From Obrimoposthia wandeli (Eukaryota), in NCBI GenBank assembly GCA_977020255.1, contig CDROCS010000162.1, forward strand, positions 248,001 to 312,000: a DNA stretch of 64,000 nt, read 5' to 3'. Below, piece by piece: positions 41,401 through 56,400 of the stretch. Position numbers and translations under genes: made by a program. The notes under the pieces are model-generated. The model was not told the DNA's origin. It saw nothing but the letters and a program-made list of their open reading frames with translations, and did no database searches. How positions within the stretch are numbered: the stretch's first letter is position 1; each line of letters opens with the position of its first letter.

Positions 41401-44400
41401 ATAAACTAAAAAAAATAATCAAGTTTTTAAAAATAAACTGTTTTACATATACAAATCTAGATAAAAGATGGTGGATCAAAAATCAAAAATCCCTGACATT
41501 CCGACCTACTAGACATACTGAATGAGTCCAAGGACATAAATGTAAATAGTCTTTACATAAATAACTTTAAGCAAAATTTTCAAACTAAAACCCTGATATA
41601 GCTTCCCCACAGTATATGCCAATTAAACATGACAAGTTCGGTATACAATTATGGGTTCTTGTTGATATTTATACCAAATAGTTTTAAAATATTATTCCGC
41701 TCGGTTCTTTAGGCACTCAGGTGATAAAATAATACAAGGAATGTATGAAGATATAATGGTACAACATACAACTTGTTTATCGACAAACTATTTTTATAAA
41801 AGCGTATCACAATCGTCAAAAAAAGAATCAACCGCCTTCAGCTTCCTCCATCAAAGAAACCTGACCGTTATGACTTATAATTTTTCGGTCTGATGAAATG
41901 TTTCTAACACAGTATCAAGCGAAGTCTAATGAAGTTGTATATATATATATATATATATAATATGATATTGCCCAATCAAATTTTCACCTTTCCTTTATGC
42001 GGATATGATAAGAAATATAATGTATCTTCCCTACTCCACATAAAGGAAATATGAAGCAGTCAGAATACAAAAACTAGTCACATACCACCATCTATTAAAT
42101 TCGCAAAATATTCTTTGGAAATTTGGACCTGAAGCGTGGAATGACGTCTACAAAAGCTGCATCTTGGCATTGATCACAAACATTATTATACAACATTCTA
42201 GAGATGGTTGGGGAAATGGTCAATCGAATCAACGCGAGAAAATTTATTATTCACTTGTCTGGAAAACTCCACTGAGATTACATCCTTGATAACAAAGGTT
42301 CTGAAGAAGCAGTTGAACCTCATAACGCTTGACTAATTGAAAAATGAGCTAAGCGTACAGTAAAAAGTAATTAAAATCGGAGCAGTACTCTAAATGTATC
42401 AAAAGAGTAATTTGCTTGTTTGTGGAAAGTCCCAATATGTAATGGGTAGAAAATGTGTCAAAAAGAATCTTTAACGATTTATACCTACTTATATATAAAC
42501 CCGTTATTTGACATTGAGTTTATAAATAAATATGACTACATTATTTAAATTACGTCAATTAACACTATCAGCTTTCTAGACAATTCTTAACTTTCAGGTA
42601 TACATAATCACATCTGAAACTTTTTTGCATTACAAATTAGAAGTAATTTTAATTTTTTCCTAATTTTCAGAAAATGTTAATTTAATACAACAAAGTTATT
42701 GCTATTTAAAATTTAAGAGTTTCTAGTGTTCTAGTAAACTAAATAAAACTATCATAATTCAGTCTGGTTCATCGTTGGACGTTCAGCTGAAATAAATGAA
42801 AATTAATTAATCCATAAAACGAGAAACGCATTGACGAAACTTTATATTTCCAATAGAACCTCTAAGAAAGAAGAGCCTACATCACAAAACGGTTTCTGTA
42901 ATTTGGATTAATGTTATCTAAAACCGAAGATCTTTGCAATGGATCATTATTTAGCTGCCAATGTATCCCTGAGTCCACTTGTTATCGATCCACTTCATTA
43001 ATCTGGCTTATTTAATTTGCTATAATGCTGCATAATACTCTCTCGATGCTATTTTACTACCTATGTCTCCAGCTTTTTCAATAAACTGAAGCTTGAATGA
43101 AACATCATAGGGGGAAAATTACAAATACATATTTTAAACAAATCACATTTAACTAAAATTATTGTAAATCAAAAAAAGTTCAAACTTAATATAATGTAAT
43201 GAAGACTTGAATCTTCATAAAATTGAAGCAATTCATGTTAAACTTTAGAACTAAAAACGAAGTTGACCGGAGAAACTCTCGGGATGTAATTTGATTTTTT
43301 TATCATGGAATGAATTAAACTCACAAACACAAATTCATCTACGAGATACAAAAATGTCTCACATATGTCAGAGGGCTTTGCAGGTGGGGGAAGAGGCTCA
43401 CCTGAAAGATACCAAGAAGTCAATTTGAACGAAATTATAAACTTATATTATTTGTTAAATGCTTTAAAAAATTTTAGCAATGAAATAAAAAATGAAAATG
43501 AGCATCGATATGTGGATTAATAAATTTATGAAATATAAATTATTCTTTTGGTTATAATAGGAGCTGTGATTTTAGTCATAAAAAACATTAAATTTAGTTA
43601 GTTGTTTAGTCATAAATAAATGCAAATTTAGTCATTAATAGTAGGTGGATGTGTCCGGTTTAATCCATACTCCCCTCACCCCACTGTCCTTTAAAACCGT
43701 GTATGTGTGTAGAGTGAAATTTCGTGTATGTGTGTAGGGAAAAAAATGATGAAAAATTAAAAGAAGCAACGAATAGGGGGGTACCACTGTCCTTTAAAAT
43801 TGTGCATGTGTGTGGAGTGAAATTTCTTGTATGTGTGCGGAGGGAAATTTCGTGTATGTGTGTCTCCATTCCACCCAAAGGGGGAAAGGAGGGGGGCGGT
43901 CCCCCTACATTTTTTAAAAATTTTAATTTGAAATTTACCACGAATCTCAAAATTGATTAGAGAAGAGTACGGGAATCCATATTGGACCCAGCGGCTTATC
44001 GAAGACGAGATTTCAAATAATATATTACTACTATTTTTAAGAAAGATTTTAGATTACTACATGTTAAATATTTAGGTCAGATTTATAAGAGAAAAATTAG
44101 ATCTATATAATTTAGAGGAGAAAAAACTAAATACGAGTCAAAATTATTTTTCAAAACATTTTATTATAAAACAACATATTGGCTTAACTCAAATACCAAA
44201 TACCATTTTCCCGCCATCAGCAACATATCCATTGAGACGTATTGAGATATTCCATAGTTCTTCATCTAGAATTGGAGCAATCAAATATCCTAGATCATCT
44301 TTAAAATCCAGACTGGGATCAGTTTCAAGCTGGAAACAATTTCCTTCATATACATAATCAGGAATGTAAAATCCCAAAATATTTTTCAATTATCAGATGT

Positions 44401-47400
44401 AATTAAAATTTCGATGAGATATTTATTCTCCACTTTAGATATTTTCACAGGATTCATAACTCGTATAATTTGATGCCTCTTTAATAAATTACATAGTTTT
44501 CCTTTTCAAATTCTTTCTGGATAATAAAAATTTGCTACACGTCTCTTATCTATTCTAAAATAAAGAAACTGATTAAAAACAATGTTTATAAAATATACAT
44601 ATAAGATACATATAAGATACAAATATTTAAAAAATAAAACTGATTATTAATTGTCAAATAAAAGAAACATAGTAAAACCGATTACAATTTATTACATGCA
44701 AAAGAAAAAGGTTAAAACATTGAAATATGAGCACGTTCAATTTTCCACATAGGCAACTTTGTTCATTTCATCCCAAAAAAAATATAAGGGTAAAATAATA
44801 AAAGACATAAGACGAATTTTTTAATACATTTTTTAAACACAACATCACAATGAGATCTGTCAGCAAAGATAAGGCCCAACCTAAAAAAGTATTAAAATAA
44901 CAAAAAGTTAGAGTCAAGGTGCATTAGGGATCTAAAATTTTAAAAAACTAAACTAAAAAAAATCAAAAAAATGAAAACCTTTTAAATTCGGAAGTGTCCA
45001 TAAGCCAGGCTAGCGTTCTTTTCTACCAAAAGCGCTTGTCGTCATTACTACTCAAAGCGATTTTGGTTGATTTATGGGCAATATAGTTGATGGGCTCTTG
45101 AAATAAATCTAGTTTGCTCAACACTTTCAATACACCCAGTATCATAAACTTTCCGGTAGGCCTCAATATGTAAGATTGTTTCTTCCCACACCCTTTGCTC
45201 TCATTGAACATGTATTATTAGATCCATGTAAACTGTAGCATTTAGGGCGTAGGAAAATACAATCATCATACGAAACCTGTCCCTCACTTTCATCCTTAAA
45301 TTTCCCGATAATATCCTTTAAACTCATAGAGTGTAGAGGATGGTTAGCGGGATATTTATGGGTATCTAGTAATTTGTCCCTAAACATTGCTGGTAATAAT
45401 TGATTATTTAAACTAACATTCCTACATTCTAAAAAGAAAGAGTCAGTGTCCCCAGCTGCGATTTTGAACTCACAATTGAATTCTTGTCGATATTTCTTTA
45501 ATTCTATGTATTGAAGCTCGTACATTCTGAGTTTAGAAATGTCTAAAACCGTTTGACCTATTAAACTCGGTCGATCGAGACAAATACTCTGTTTTCCTAA
45601 TAACACTGTTACCAAGTCATCTGCAATTGTAAAACTACGCTTGAAGTTGTACTTGCTAGTATATGTTATTATTTTACACTCATCATTGCAAAACCGTAGA
45701 CAAATACGTTTCCGCAAGTCCTCTACAGTTTTTCCAAAGATACTATTACTTTTTAACTTGTAAAAATCCTGATCGAATTTGCTAGTGGCCAAATTACGTT
45801 TTCTAGAATTCTTCTCAATATAGTCTTTAAACACAAAGTTTTGACTGAAGTTTATAGCACGATGAATTCGAATAATTTTCGCTCCCAACTTTAAGTAGAA
45901 TTAAAGAAGCCGCCAATGCACAACATAATTCAACTTGTCTTAATGTGTTTACAATAATTTCTTAATCTTTGAATAAGGTGACATTGATGAACAGGTGCTA
46001 CTGGAAGATCATCTAATTTATCATGCACATTGGGAGGGATTTTTAAGTCAACATCAACCAAATAGCTGACGTCTGATGAAATTGTATCAACAGTAGCCAA
46101 ATCTGTCATCAACTTATTCAACTCTTCCTCATCATAAACCCACTTAAAGTTGGCATGAGCTAGAGGTTGAGTAAGCGCCCACCCATACAAATTATTAATG
46201 TCGATGTAAAGAATCTCCGTGGATTGATTTTTGACAACATGATGTTTGTTGACAAAAGTCATTCCACCGTGTATACCATAATCATACATTTGATACATCG
46301 CGGGATCTTGCAGTAACTCGATATTAATTTTAAGAGTTTTTATTGCTGTTGCCCATGAAAGACCAGGTAAACTAAAGAAATGCATGGGATCTAACTCATC
46401 TTCTGCTAAGGATTTTACACGAAAGGACTCAAAAACATCAGCTAAAAGATAAATGTCTAACTTCATATAATAAAGCATATATTCTAGAAGATTTCGACAT
46501 TTATTCGCCCAAAATGTACGGGCCTCATTATAGTCTTGAAGACTTACACCCTCAAATTCAGTTATGGGTGGGATTTCTGTATTATTTTCTAAATCTGCAA
46601 AGGTTTTTCGCAAATTTATACGGAAAAATCTCTTTATCATTAACCGAAGCTGAGAACACTGACTGTGTGATTGGCCATGCATTTAAAGATGCCTTTAAAT
46701 TTTTAAAGACCCGCTCAAAAACTGCAGAGAATCTATGAATCTTAAACTGCAGAATTCAGTATATACAGTTAAAGATAAATATTATTGAGTATTATTGGAG
46801 AAAGCGGTACTGGCTCCTTCTTCTTTGGCCGGCCCGGTTTCTTTTTCGGCTTCACCGGTTGTTTTACAGCAATTGTCCTTCCCTCAGGTTTTGGCAATAG
46901 TTGCCACAACCTTTTAGGAGGAGGTGCAGCTGATGTTGATGGCCCCGACATAGAAGTCCTCCTTCCTCTTCCGCGGAGCTTTCTTCTGTTTCTCCTCCTT
47001 CTCATGCTGAAGCTGGCGTGAGACGGCATTCTGTTGCCCTCGCGAACCTGGAAGCATTGCCGGTGTATCCAGTTCCGCCAGGAATTCGTCCAATCCAGCT
47101 TCATCCCAGGCCGTCTTCAAGTTCTGGCTGGTTTTTGAACGAGGAGAAGCAGTCTCCCAAGCCCTAGCCAAATTAGATGTCTACTGCAGACGTCGTTGAC
47201 TCGGTGGCGGACTAATCTCGATTGGTGAGACTGGGATCCTCTCGTATAGAATTGGCCCGTCGTCCACTGGAGATGGGAGAATCTCCTGACGTCCAATCAC
47301 CACCTCAGAAGAATGTCGAATTGAGGTGGAACATTTTTCTCGAGCGCTTCATCTTCTTCACATCTGCTCGCTTCGTCTGTTTCTTGGGGAAAGGAGTAAT

Positions 47401-50400
47401 TTTTCCCCATGTCTCCTCAAATATCTGGACGGGTTCCTGCAAAATATTAATAAAATTTAAACATATAAATAATTTACCTCAATGACGTGCAGGTTCACCA
47501 ACTTGGCTTTCTTCCGATGGACCGTGTGGGTTTTGACCCGATGGCGTTGCGGTTTCTTAACCGCCGCTTGCTTCCTATCCACCGGTTGAATAGGCGTCGC
47601 TTCTTCGAGAATGTTTTCCATCTATGTGAATTATTAAATTTAATATCTAAACAATTTACCTTAAAATTATCTGGAAACGCTAGGTATCGGAGCTCACTCC
47701 TTGGCAGCTCATGGCTACATTGACTCGCCAAGTACTGTGGTTCTATGAGCCTCTCCGCCATGGTCACTGACGGTGCCAAATCCAGTTGAAGTTTCTGAAA
47801 ATTAAATTAAAAATCATTTAAAATAAATTATGTCTAACCTCATTAGTCGCTTTTATTCTCCTAACAGGAGATTTTGGCCTTTTGAATGGTTCAGGCGTTG
47901 TATTATCCGCATTCGGAGTAGCAGAGAGAGTGAGACCATCCCAATCGTCGATGAACAGGTGCCACTCGTCCTCGTCCAATTCTGCCACCATCGAATCGTT
48001 GGCTCCTGGGGCTCCGATACTTGGCTGTATCCATTCGTCGATGAATGGAGTCAAGTCCTCCCATCCGACGGAGGGCGTTGGGCGGTGGGCGGTAGGCGGG
48101 AAAAACTAGGATATAGTCCGCATCCCAAGGCGCGAGCGTTGGTGGTTTGCCTTGATAGGGGCGAAAAATGTTTTTGGGGTACCCCCCTATCCTTTAAAAC
48201 CGTGCATGTGTGTGGAGTGAAATTTCACTCCACACACATGCACGGTTTTAAAGGACAGTGGGGAGAGGGGGTGTGGATTAGACCGGACACATCCACCTAC
48301 TATTAATAAATTGTATAAAAACACAAATCATATTAAACACATTTATTTAAAATATAAAATCAATTTTTTTTTCATATTTTCTTTCGTTAATGATCGTCTT
48401 TTATTAGATAGAATGTTCGGATGAGTTGAAAATGACATCTTCACTTCCACAGAAATAATGAGAGCACTTTGGAGGGCAGCTAATTCTTTTAAATGATATA
48501 ATTCTATATTGAGATCTACAAGCTTTTGAAGTCTATGATTTTTGTTTAGAACATCTTCAAGTTTTTCTAACACATCTAACTCAAACTTTATTTTCATTTC
48601 ATTATAGCGCTCAAAAAAATAGTTGGAGTAACATCCCCTCTGTCACGCAGTGTTATTAAATCTACAAGTGGAATGTACTTCGTCTTTATAGTTAATAATT
48701 CTTTCTTGTTTGCATTATTACTAAGAACATCTTGGATCTCAGCAATACTTGAAACTTTCATTACTTGATATTTCATTACAAATGAAGAAATAGCTTCTAG
48801 ATGTTCAACATAATATGACACGGCTTCTAACCACTTTCCCTATCGAGTGGCACAATGTTCAGGCGAAAGTGATATTCCTTCTTGTTGTAATTTTTGACAA
48901 CTACACTTACAACTTATAATATATAACATATAAAATGTTTTATAATTGAACCCTATTGTTTCAAAATATTTCCGTTTCAGAAGACAATATTTGTGGTAGA
49001 TGGACCTCGTTATAGCCATGGTTAAACTCGAATCACACGTGGCAGAGATTTGATGGAGGTTTTGGGTAAATCCGAAGACACAGATCAAATGACAATTCCT
49101 GTAAGCCCCACTTAATCCACTGAGGGAGCCCGCTTGAATATTCCAAGTGAGACAAGGATGTTAATTTATTTATCTATAAAGGTTATATAAAATTGAAGAA
49201 TGCAACTGAAACATCTGAAAATAAAACTTTCACAACAGTTTGACATATCTGCATTGAACTGTAAACGGTTGTAATTCGAATGAATCTAAAATGATCATTT
49301 TAAACTCACATATGAAAGAGGGTATCAATGATGATTGCGGCTGTTCGACTAAAATATTGAAAATATAATACAACATCAAATATGCAAACTTGGTAAAAGA
49401 TTTAACAAATTCATTTTATTTTTTAATCTCTTATAATTAAATTTTGCTTGAACATAAGTGAACATAAGGCATTGATTTAAAAGACAATTCTTTCTCATAC
49501 AGACACTAATTCCCTTTCTTTCAGTTATGCAATTTTTTACAAAACCTTTTCTATCCCATCATCCCGTAGACCAGATTTCATCAAAAATATTTTAAGTAGT
49601 CACTAAACTTATGATATTGGAATTATGACAAAACATCCAATAAGATGTATATTTTTGTGTATTTACAATGATATTCGTAAAAGCTATTTCGCTTATTGTC
49701 GAAGTTTAAAAATACACCACACTTCTCACACTAAGCTTGCCACAGTTTCGAAACGTTTTCCAGAACTCAGTCAATATCATAGTTCTTTATCTACAAGAAA
49801 AGGCCAATTTGCAGTTTGACCCAAACTTACCACATTTGGTTAAATTGTTGACACTCACTACGCTTTCCCTATCTGATTTCTGCACCAAATGGTTCCATAC
49901 ATATTGCAACATCAAATTGAAACTGTTACAACACGACAATATTGTTTGCAAATCATCCAATCAATTAGAAGCCTAGTTTAATACAAAGAAGAATGTGTGA
50001 TGATACCACCCCTGGTTTTGATGCGTACGTAGACGTCCATTATAATGGCATTGAGGTCGACAACACCCTTTATTTTGTTGTTCAAATTCAAAATATGATA
50101 ACATTGTATTTGGAATTTGCTTCTTTATTACACGTTGTTGCACTGAGAATTCACACCCCATTGAAGGCCATAAATAAATTTATTTAAATGCAGTATAAAT
50201 TCTTGTGTGTATTTTTTTAAAAAATTCATTACTGTATTTAAAACAATTTAGTAAATTAATTAAACCATTTGCTCTTCAAACATAAATGTATTTATATTTG
50301 AAATGTAAATATGTATTGTTTAAATTATTTTATCGAAATATTTACAGATATTTACTGCATAAATACAAACAATTTGTTATGTTATCATAAATCTAATACT

Positions 50401-53400
50401 TGCATTCAAATATTATTTAAATTTTGAATGTAAAATCATGCTAATTTGTATTCTTAAAATGCCTTTTTTAAATAAATACAACTATTTTCTTTGCATTTGA
50501 GTGTGAATACATACTAATATGTACTGTTTAATGCATTTTATCGAAGTATTTGAGAGTAAAAATGTACTGTTTTAAGAAATTTATTTTGAAATTTGAGTGT
50601 AATTACATTGCTCAAAGGAATTTATTACAGTATTTGCAGTTGATTAAAGGAGTTTATTATAAGAAGTGCTTGTAATTATTTGCTAATTAAATACAATTAT
50701 TTGTTTGTAATTATAGAATTTTTTTACTTACCATTTAAATGTATTTCAATGTAACAACATACTAAAATGCATTCTTTACGAGAATTAATGGCAACTATTT
50801 ACTAAATAATTACAATTATATTTATTAAATTTATTGAAGTAATGACAGCTATTTACTTAATAAATGCTTCTATTTGCTATGTTGTCATAAAAGTGTTTGA
50901 AATTTGAATGTAAAAACATGTTAATATTAATTTTAAAAAGCTTTTATTGAAGCAATTTACTAAATAAATAATTCTTTTTTGAGTTTAAAAACAAACTTAT
51001 AGGCTCTGTTTAAATAAAAAAAAAACATTTTGCAAATGTAATAATAAATTTATTTAAATGTAGTAGAAAATTATGTGTAAATACAATGCATAAACTGTGA
51101 TAACATATATTTGTCTCGAATTAAATGATTTTTTTGAAGTAATTGTGATTTTTTATTAAAGTAAAATCAAAGTGAAAAGAAGCTGTTTAATTTTGAACTA
51201 TATGTTCTTGAAGTATTTGAGTATTTGCGTATTTCCAATAGAAAATAAAAAATAATCTACTTACAAATAAAGTACATAAATTAAAAAAAAACTAAGTCAA
51301 ATTCATTTTGTACACTTTTTAAAGATAAACGTCATTATATGTGTGTACACATACACACTCGTTTGTATTAAAATATCTACATACGATAATTTATTGAATT
51401 AATTAGAAGTGATAAGCATGTACTAGAATATGAATAGTTTAACGAATAATAATTGGTCTTGACGTAGCATTTAGACGATACACTTTAAATTTTACAATAA
51501 ACAATTATGACTTCAAAAATGACTCCAATATAACAATTTGAAGAATTACAAAAGCTCTTGAAGCCACAACAGTTTCAATGATATGAAATGAAGTACTTTG
51601 ATGTCTACATGATTTCAGAAGTAATTTTTGAGATAATAAATATTCCATTTAGGTGATTTTTAACACCTTAACTCACACGACGTTATAGCTCCATCAATTT
51701 ATATAGAGGTAATATCTTTGAAATAAACTTTAGTTGCGTACAAATGTTTTTAATTAGTTCAGGAAAACAAATAACGTAGATTTAATAGCTATGTTATTGA
51801 TAAATTTAAATAAACATTTATTCATGTTATTTTTTCAATAAAAAAATACAACAAACACGAAACAATTCTTGCACCAAAAGAATTCTCAAATAAATAACAT
51901 TAAAAAAATTCAAAAAAATATGGAAAAATATCGAGAACAATATTTCAATTTAATAACATAATTAATATTCGGTTTCTCCCTGGGTAGAAGTCTAAAATTG
52001 AGTTTCTCACGAGCATGTCTGCAGGTAACTTCACTCCAGAACCATTTCCCTCTCAAATCGACAGAAACAAGTCAAATTCCAGCGCAAAGTCCGAGACTTG
52101 CCGGATTTGTACATTGCTCCTGAATTAAGCCTGTGTTTGGCAGACATCAAAGGAGGGGGTATGAAGTGAAATTCTAGACTTGACCCATTACACTTCTCAT
52201 TAGATTTCTGGACCTACATCTCTTTATGCTGCTGGTGCAGCATTAAATCGGAATTGTATTCTTCCGTGTCGAGTTTATCATCCTTTGCTGACCAATTCAT
52301 TAACCATACCGCTTATGTTTAAGCATTCATTGCCACATTCTGCACGAATCTCATCAAATTTTCTGACGTTGTCGTCAGATTTTAAGGTTAGTATAGCGTC
52401 ATTGAAATCTAGATTGAAACTGAGAGCTGCTTTGGCAGAAAAAGATAAGTAAGAGTAAAAATAAATTACACAAAAAACCGCGCTATGCTTCTGTAAAGAG
52501 ATATTTCCCACTTATTTTTGTAGATATTGACATATTTCCTACTTAATTTTGTAGATAAAGACATATTTTCACTTACTTTTGTAGATATTGGCATATTTCC
52601 CACTTACTTTTGTAGATATTGACATATTTCACACTTATTTTTGTAGATATTGACATATTTCTCGCTTATTTTCGTAAATAAAGACAAATTTCCCACTTAT
52701 TTTTGTAGATATAGACATATTTTTCACTTATTGCATAATTATTATAAGAAAAAACTAAGAAAACTAAATTAAAAGAACTCTTGTATGAATCGAAACCTCA
52801 ATCAATATCCTGCATTAAATCAAAAAGTTTTTAAAAAATCTGTTTAAATATCATAATGACAATTTGGTTTATTTTTGACCATTATATATAAAATCTGTAA
52901 CCTTGACAAACCAAAAGAGAAACAGACACTTTTGAATGATTTAAATAAAATAAACTGTCTTTGTATTTTAGTAAGTAAACGACAAATTATAAAAAAACAA
53001 GAAATTTATAAAATTAAAAAGTTTCTGCCTATGTAGCTTACAGTTTGCAATGAAATGTTTATATATTTTTATTTATTCTTTGATGTTTGAAAACCGCGTT
53101 AACGAAATAAAACTCACTTAATCCAGTCTCAATCATTGTTGGTCGCTCACCTAAAAAACATGTAAATAAATTCTTCAACACATTTCGAAGTCCTTGAAAA
53201 TGTTTAAATAAGACACACAATATCAAAAAAATTATAAAAATGCAATTTCTATAATAAATTCGAAATAAAATATTTAAAAAGTTTAGGACAGTAAATTTAA
53301 ATGTACATAAATTTAAGTTTTAGATTTAAACGTTTTAAAGAATTACATATTTTTCTGTCAAGGATCAAGATAATGTTTGAATCAAACTCAAAAACACAAA

Positions 53401-56400
53401 TTCATCTACGAGATATAAAACTGTCTTACATATGTCAGAGGGCTTTGGAGGCGGCGGAGGCAGCTCACCTGAAAGATACGAAGAAGTCACTTTGATCAAT
53501 TTTTTAACTAAAACGATGAACTAATAAATTTAATGTTATTTAGTAAACTATAAAAAGAGATTAACAATGATATAACAAAAAATATAAATAAACTTCAAAA
53601 TTAGAATAGTAAATTTACGAAACTTAAATTATTCTAGATTGATAAGCAGAGTGAGCAAAGGAAATCTCACATAAATCCGATTGATTCATTGTTGGTCTTT
53701 CGTCTGTAAACAAAATAAATAAATTATTTCATAAAGGATTTGAAAACTTTGAAAACATTTTGAAACTATTCTAAATTAAAAGGTGTTAAATATACCAAAA
53801 CTTATTTTTGTAAATTTATTTTTAATTACATTTCAGCTTAAGGAACCCCTGCTTTTGTCTACAGAACCCTAGGGTTCCGTGGAACCCACTTTGAGAACCC
53901 CTGCTGTATAGAAACGTATTTTTTAATACAATTCCTTAATAAAAGTTGAAACTCAAACAAAAAAGCTTTCTTTGTCTTTATTTGGAGTGGTAATGCTAAA
54001 CCGTTAATAAAATCACGTAAATCTTATAAAAATGTGTACTTCTGAATCATGCCTCATCCCATACATAAATGTAGGAGCGTATCAAAGTATTTTGCAGTTA
54101 CTACAGATTGATAGTTTTGAGTGTCTAAGTGCTTATAAAACTATCTACATAAAATTTAACGAATATTACAACTTGTATAAGTGAAGTCTCTTACAAATTT
54201 GTAAAATGAATAGAAAACCGAGTTAGTTTGAGAATTTTTGGCGAAATTAAAATATTTCTGTTTTAGACGACGTTTCCTCTGTTCATTCTTAAACACCTGA
54301 AGCGCATGAGTTACTGGAAAGTGTTCTTAAATATAATCTTGATCAGAAATAAATAGTTGTGCTAGATGGACCCCGTTATGACCTTGGTTAAACTGGAATG
54401 ACACGAGCTTGGGATTTGAAGGAGATTAGACGGGGGCTTCTGAGTGAATGATATAACACAGAGATCAAATGAAAATTCCGGTATGACCCACTAAATCCCC
54501 GGGTAGAGCTCACCTGAAACTTCCCAGTGGGATGAGGTTGTTAGTTTATTTATCTCTTGGGCTACATGCAATACAAAAATACAGCTGAAACATCAGAAAA
54601 TGGAACTTTCACAACAGTTTGTCAACTCAACATCGAAGTGTAAATTGTAGAAATTCTAATGAAACCACAAATATCATTATCAACTCACATGTGACAGAGG
54701 GTTTCAATGATGATTGAGGTCGTTCGCCTAAATATAAAAATATCATACAGCATGAGATGTGCCAGCTTGGTAAAAAGTTGAAATACCCTTAACAGTAAAT
54801 TTTATTTATATTGCTCAGGGAAAATCATCGATACGAAAGATACGAAGAAGTCACTTTGAACGAGTTTATAATTAATAAGATGAACTAATAAATTTATATT
54901 ATTCAGTAAATTATAAAAAGAGATTAACAATAAAATAACAAAAATATAAATGAGCTTCAAACTTAGACTAAGAAATTGACAAAAATGAATTATTCCTGAT
55001 TGATAAGCAGAGTGAGCAAAGAAAATCTCACATAAATCCGATTGATTCATTGTTGGTCTTTCGTCTGAAAACAAAATAAATAAATTATTTCACAAGGGAT
55101 TTGAAAACTTTGAAAATATTTTGAAACTGTTCTAAATAAAATGTGTTAAATAGGCCAAATCTTAACAGCATCGAAAATTATTTGACAGATGTTTAAATAT
55201 GGTGAGAAACATTAAATATATTATTAATCCTGATATTTTGTTTAAAGTTACAAAAATGTCTTGATTAGACAGTTATGAATGTTAACAAAATAAATTATTC
55301 CAAAAAATATTTTATTCATGCATTCTACAGCTGTTAAACAACTCGTTTTAAAATTATCGACATGTTTAACTTATTCGAATTAGGTGGTAAAAAATAAAAT
55401 TCCCATTTTCACACAAATCTCTCAGTTTAGCTCGGTGACCCGGAGCATAATCTAAGATTAACAAAATTTTAAATTCAAGATTTTTTGAGTGGCTGTATTT
55501 TTTTACTTAGCCAAAGAAACGGTTTGTAAACCAACATTATAATTGTTTTTAACTGCATTTGCAGCATTTCTCTTTGAATTCTTTTTAGAAATGGGATTTC
55601 TAAAAATTAATAAATTTAAACAGACAATTTTTTTTTAATTAAAATATTCTTATACTTATAAAATATATTTTTAACTAAATATAAACCGCAATAAATCGAA
55701 ATTGGCATAATAGGATAATCATGTACATTAAAAAGCCACCAAATCATACGATTTATGAATCCCATGAACATTTCAAAAGTCAAAAATAAATATTTAATTG
55801 AAATTTAACATATATTATTGATCAGTTCAAAAATATTTTTGGAATATTAGTTTTCTGATTATGTATATGAAGGAAATTCTTTTAAGATTGAAGCTTGACT
55901 CAGTTCGTTTTTTATAGATGACTTTGGTTATTAGATTTATCCTCATTTATATGCATAAATATGTAATATTTCTATACGGTTTAATGGATGCTATTTAGAT
56001 GATAATGAAAAAAAATACAACCTCTTTGGCCTTTGATTAAAGCTAATATGTTTTATATTTAATATTTGTTTTGATTTAATAAATGTATTGCAATTCATTT
56101 TTGTCATGTTATGATATTTCTCAAAAAACTTTAAAAGTCTAACGTACATATGTTTGTCATTCACCGCACTTAACATACATAAGAGATATAGTAATGTATT
56201 TATACAAATTTATCATCTAAAAGTTTGTTTTATAAGTCGATTCCTATACTGACGAGCTATTTCAATTCCTGTGGGTTCTAGGGTCATGTATATGTTTTTA
56301 GGTACTTAGGTCCATCCTTGGACATAGGATGTGAAATTCATACACATATGCACGAAATTTCACTCCATACACATGTACAGTTTAAAGGAACAAAGCATAC

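Larger units (their letters stand above)
43640..48301 (-). mobile_element. Internally deleted Polinton/Maverick element, 4662 bp
   Basis: TIRs begin AGTAGGTGGATGTGTCCGG (43640) and end CCGGACACATCCACCTACT (48301); 6-bp TSD ATTAAT (43634-39, 48302-07); carries pPolB pieces. Confidence 0.92.

Noticed and set aside
50200-51300. Very AT-rich stretch with recurring TTTTATTGAAGTAATT-like words
   Set aside because: No consistent period could be established by eye; treated as low-complexity or decayed satellite.
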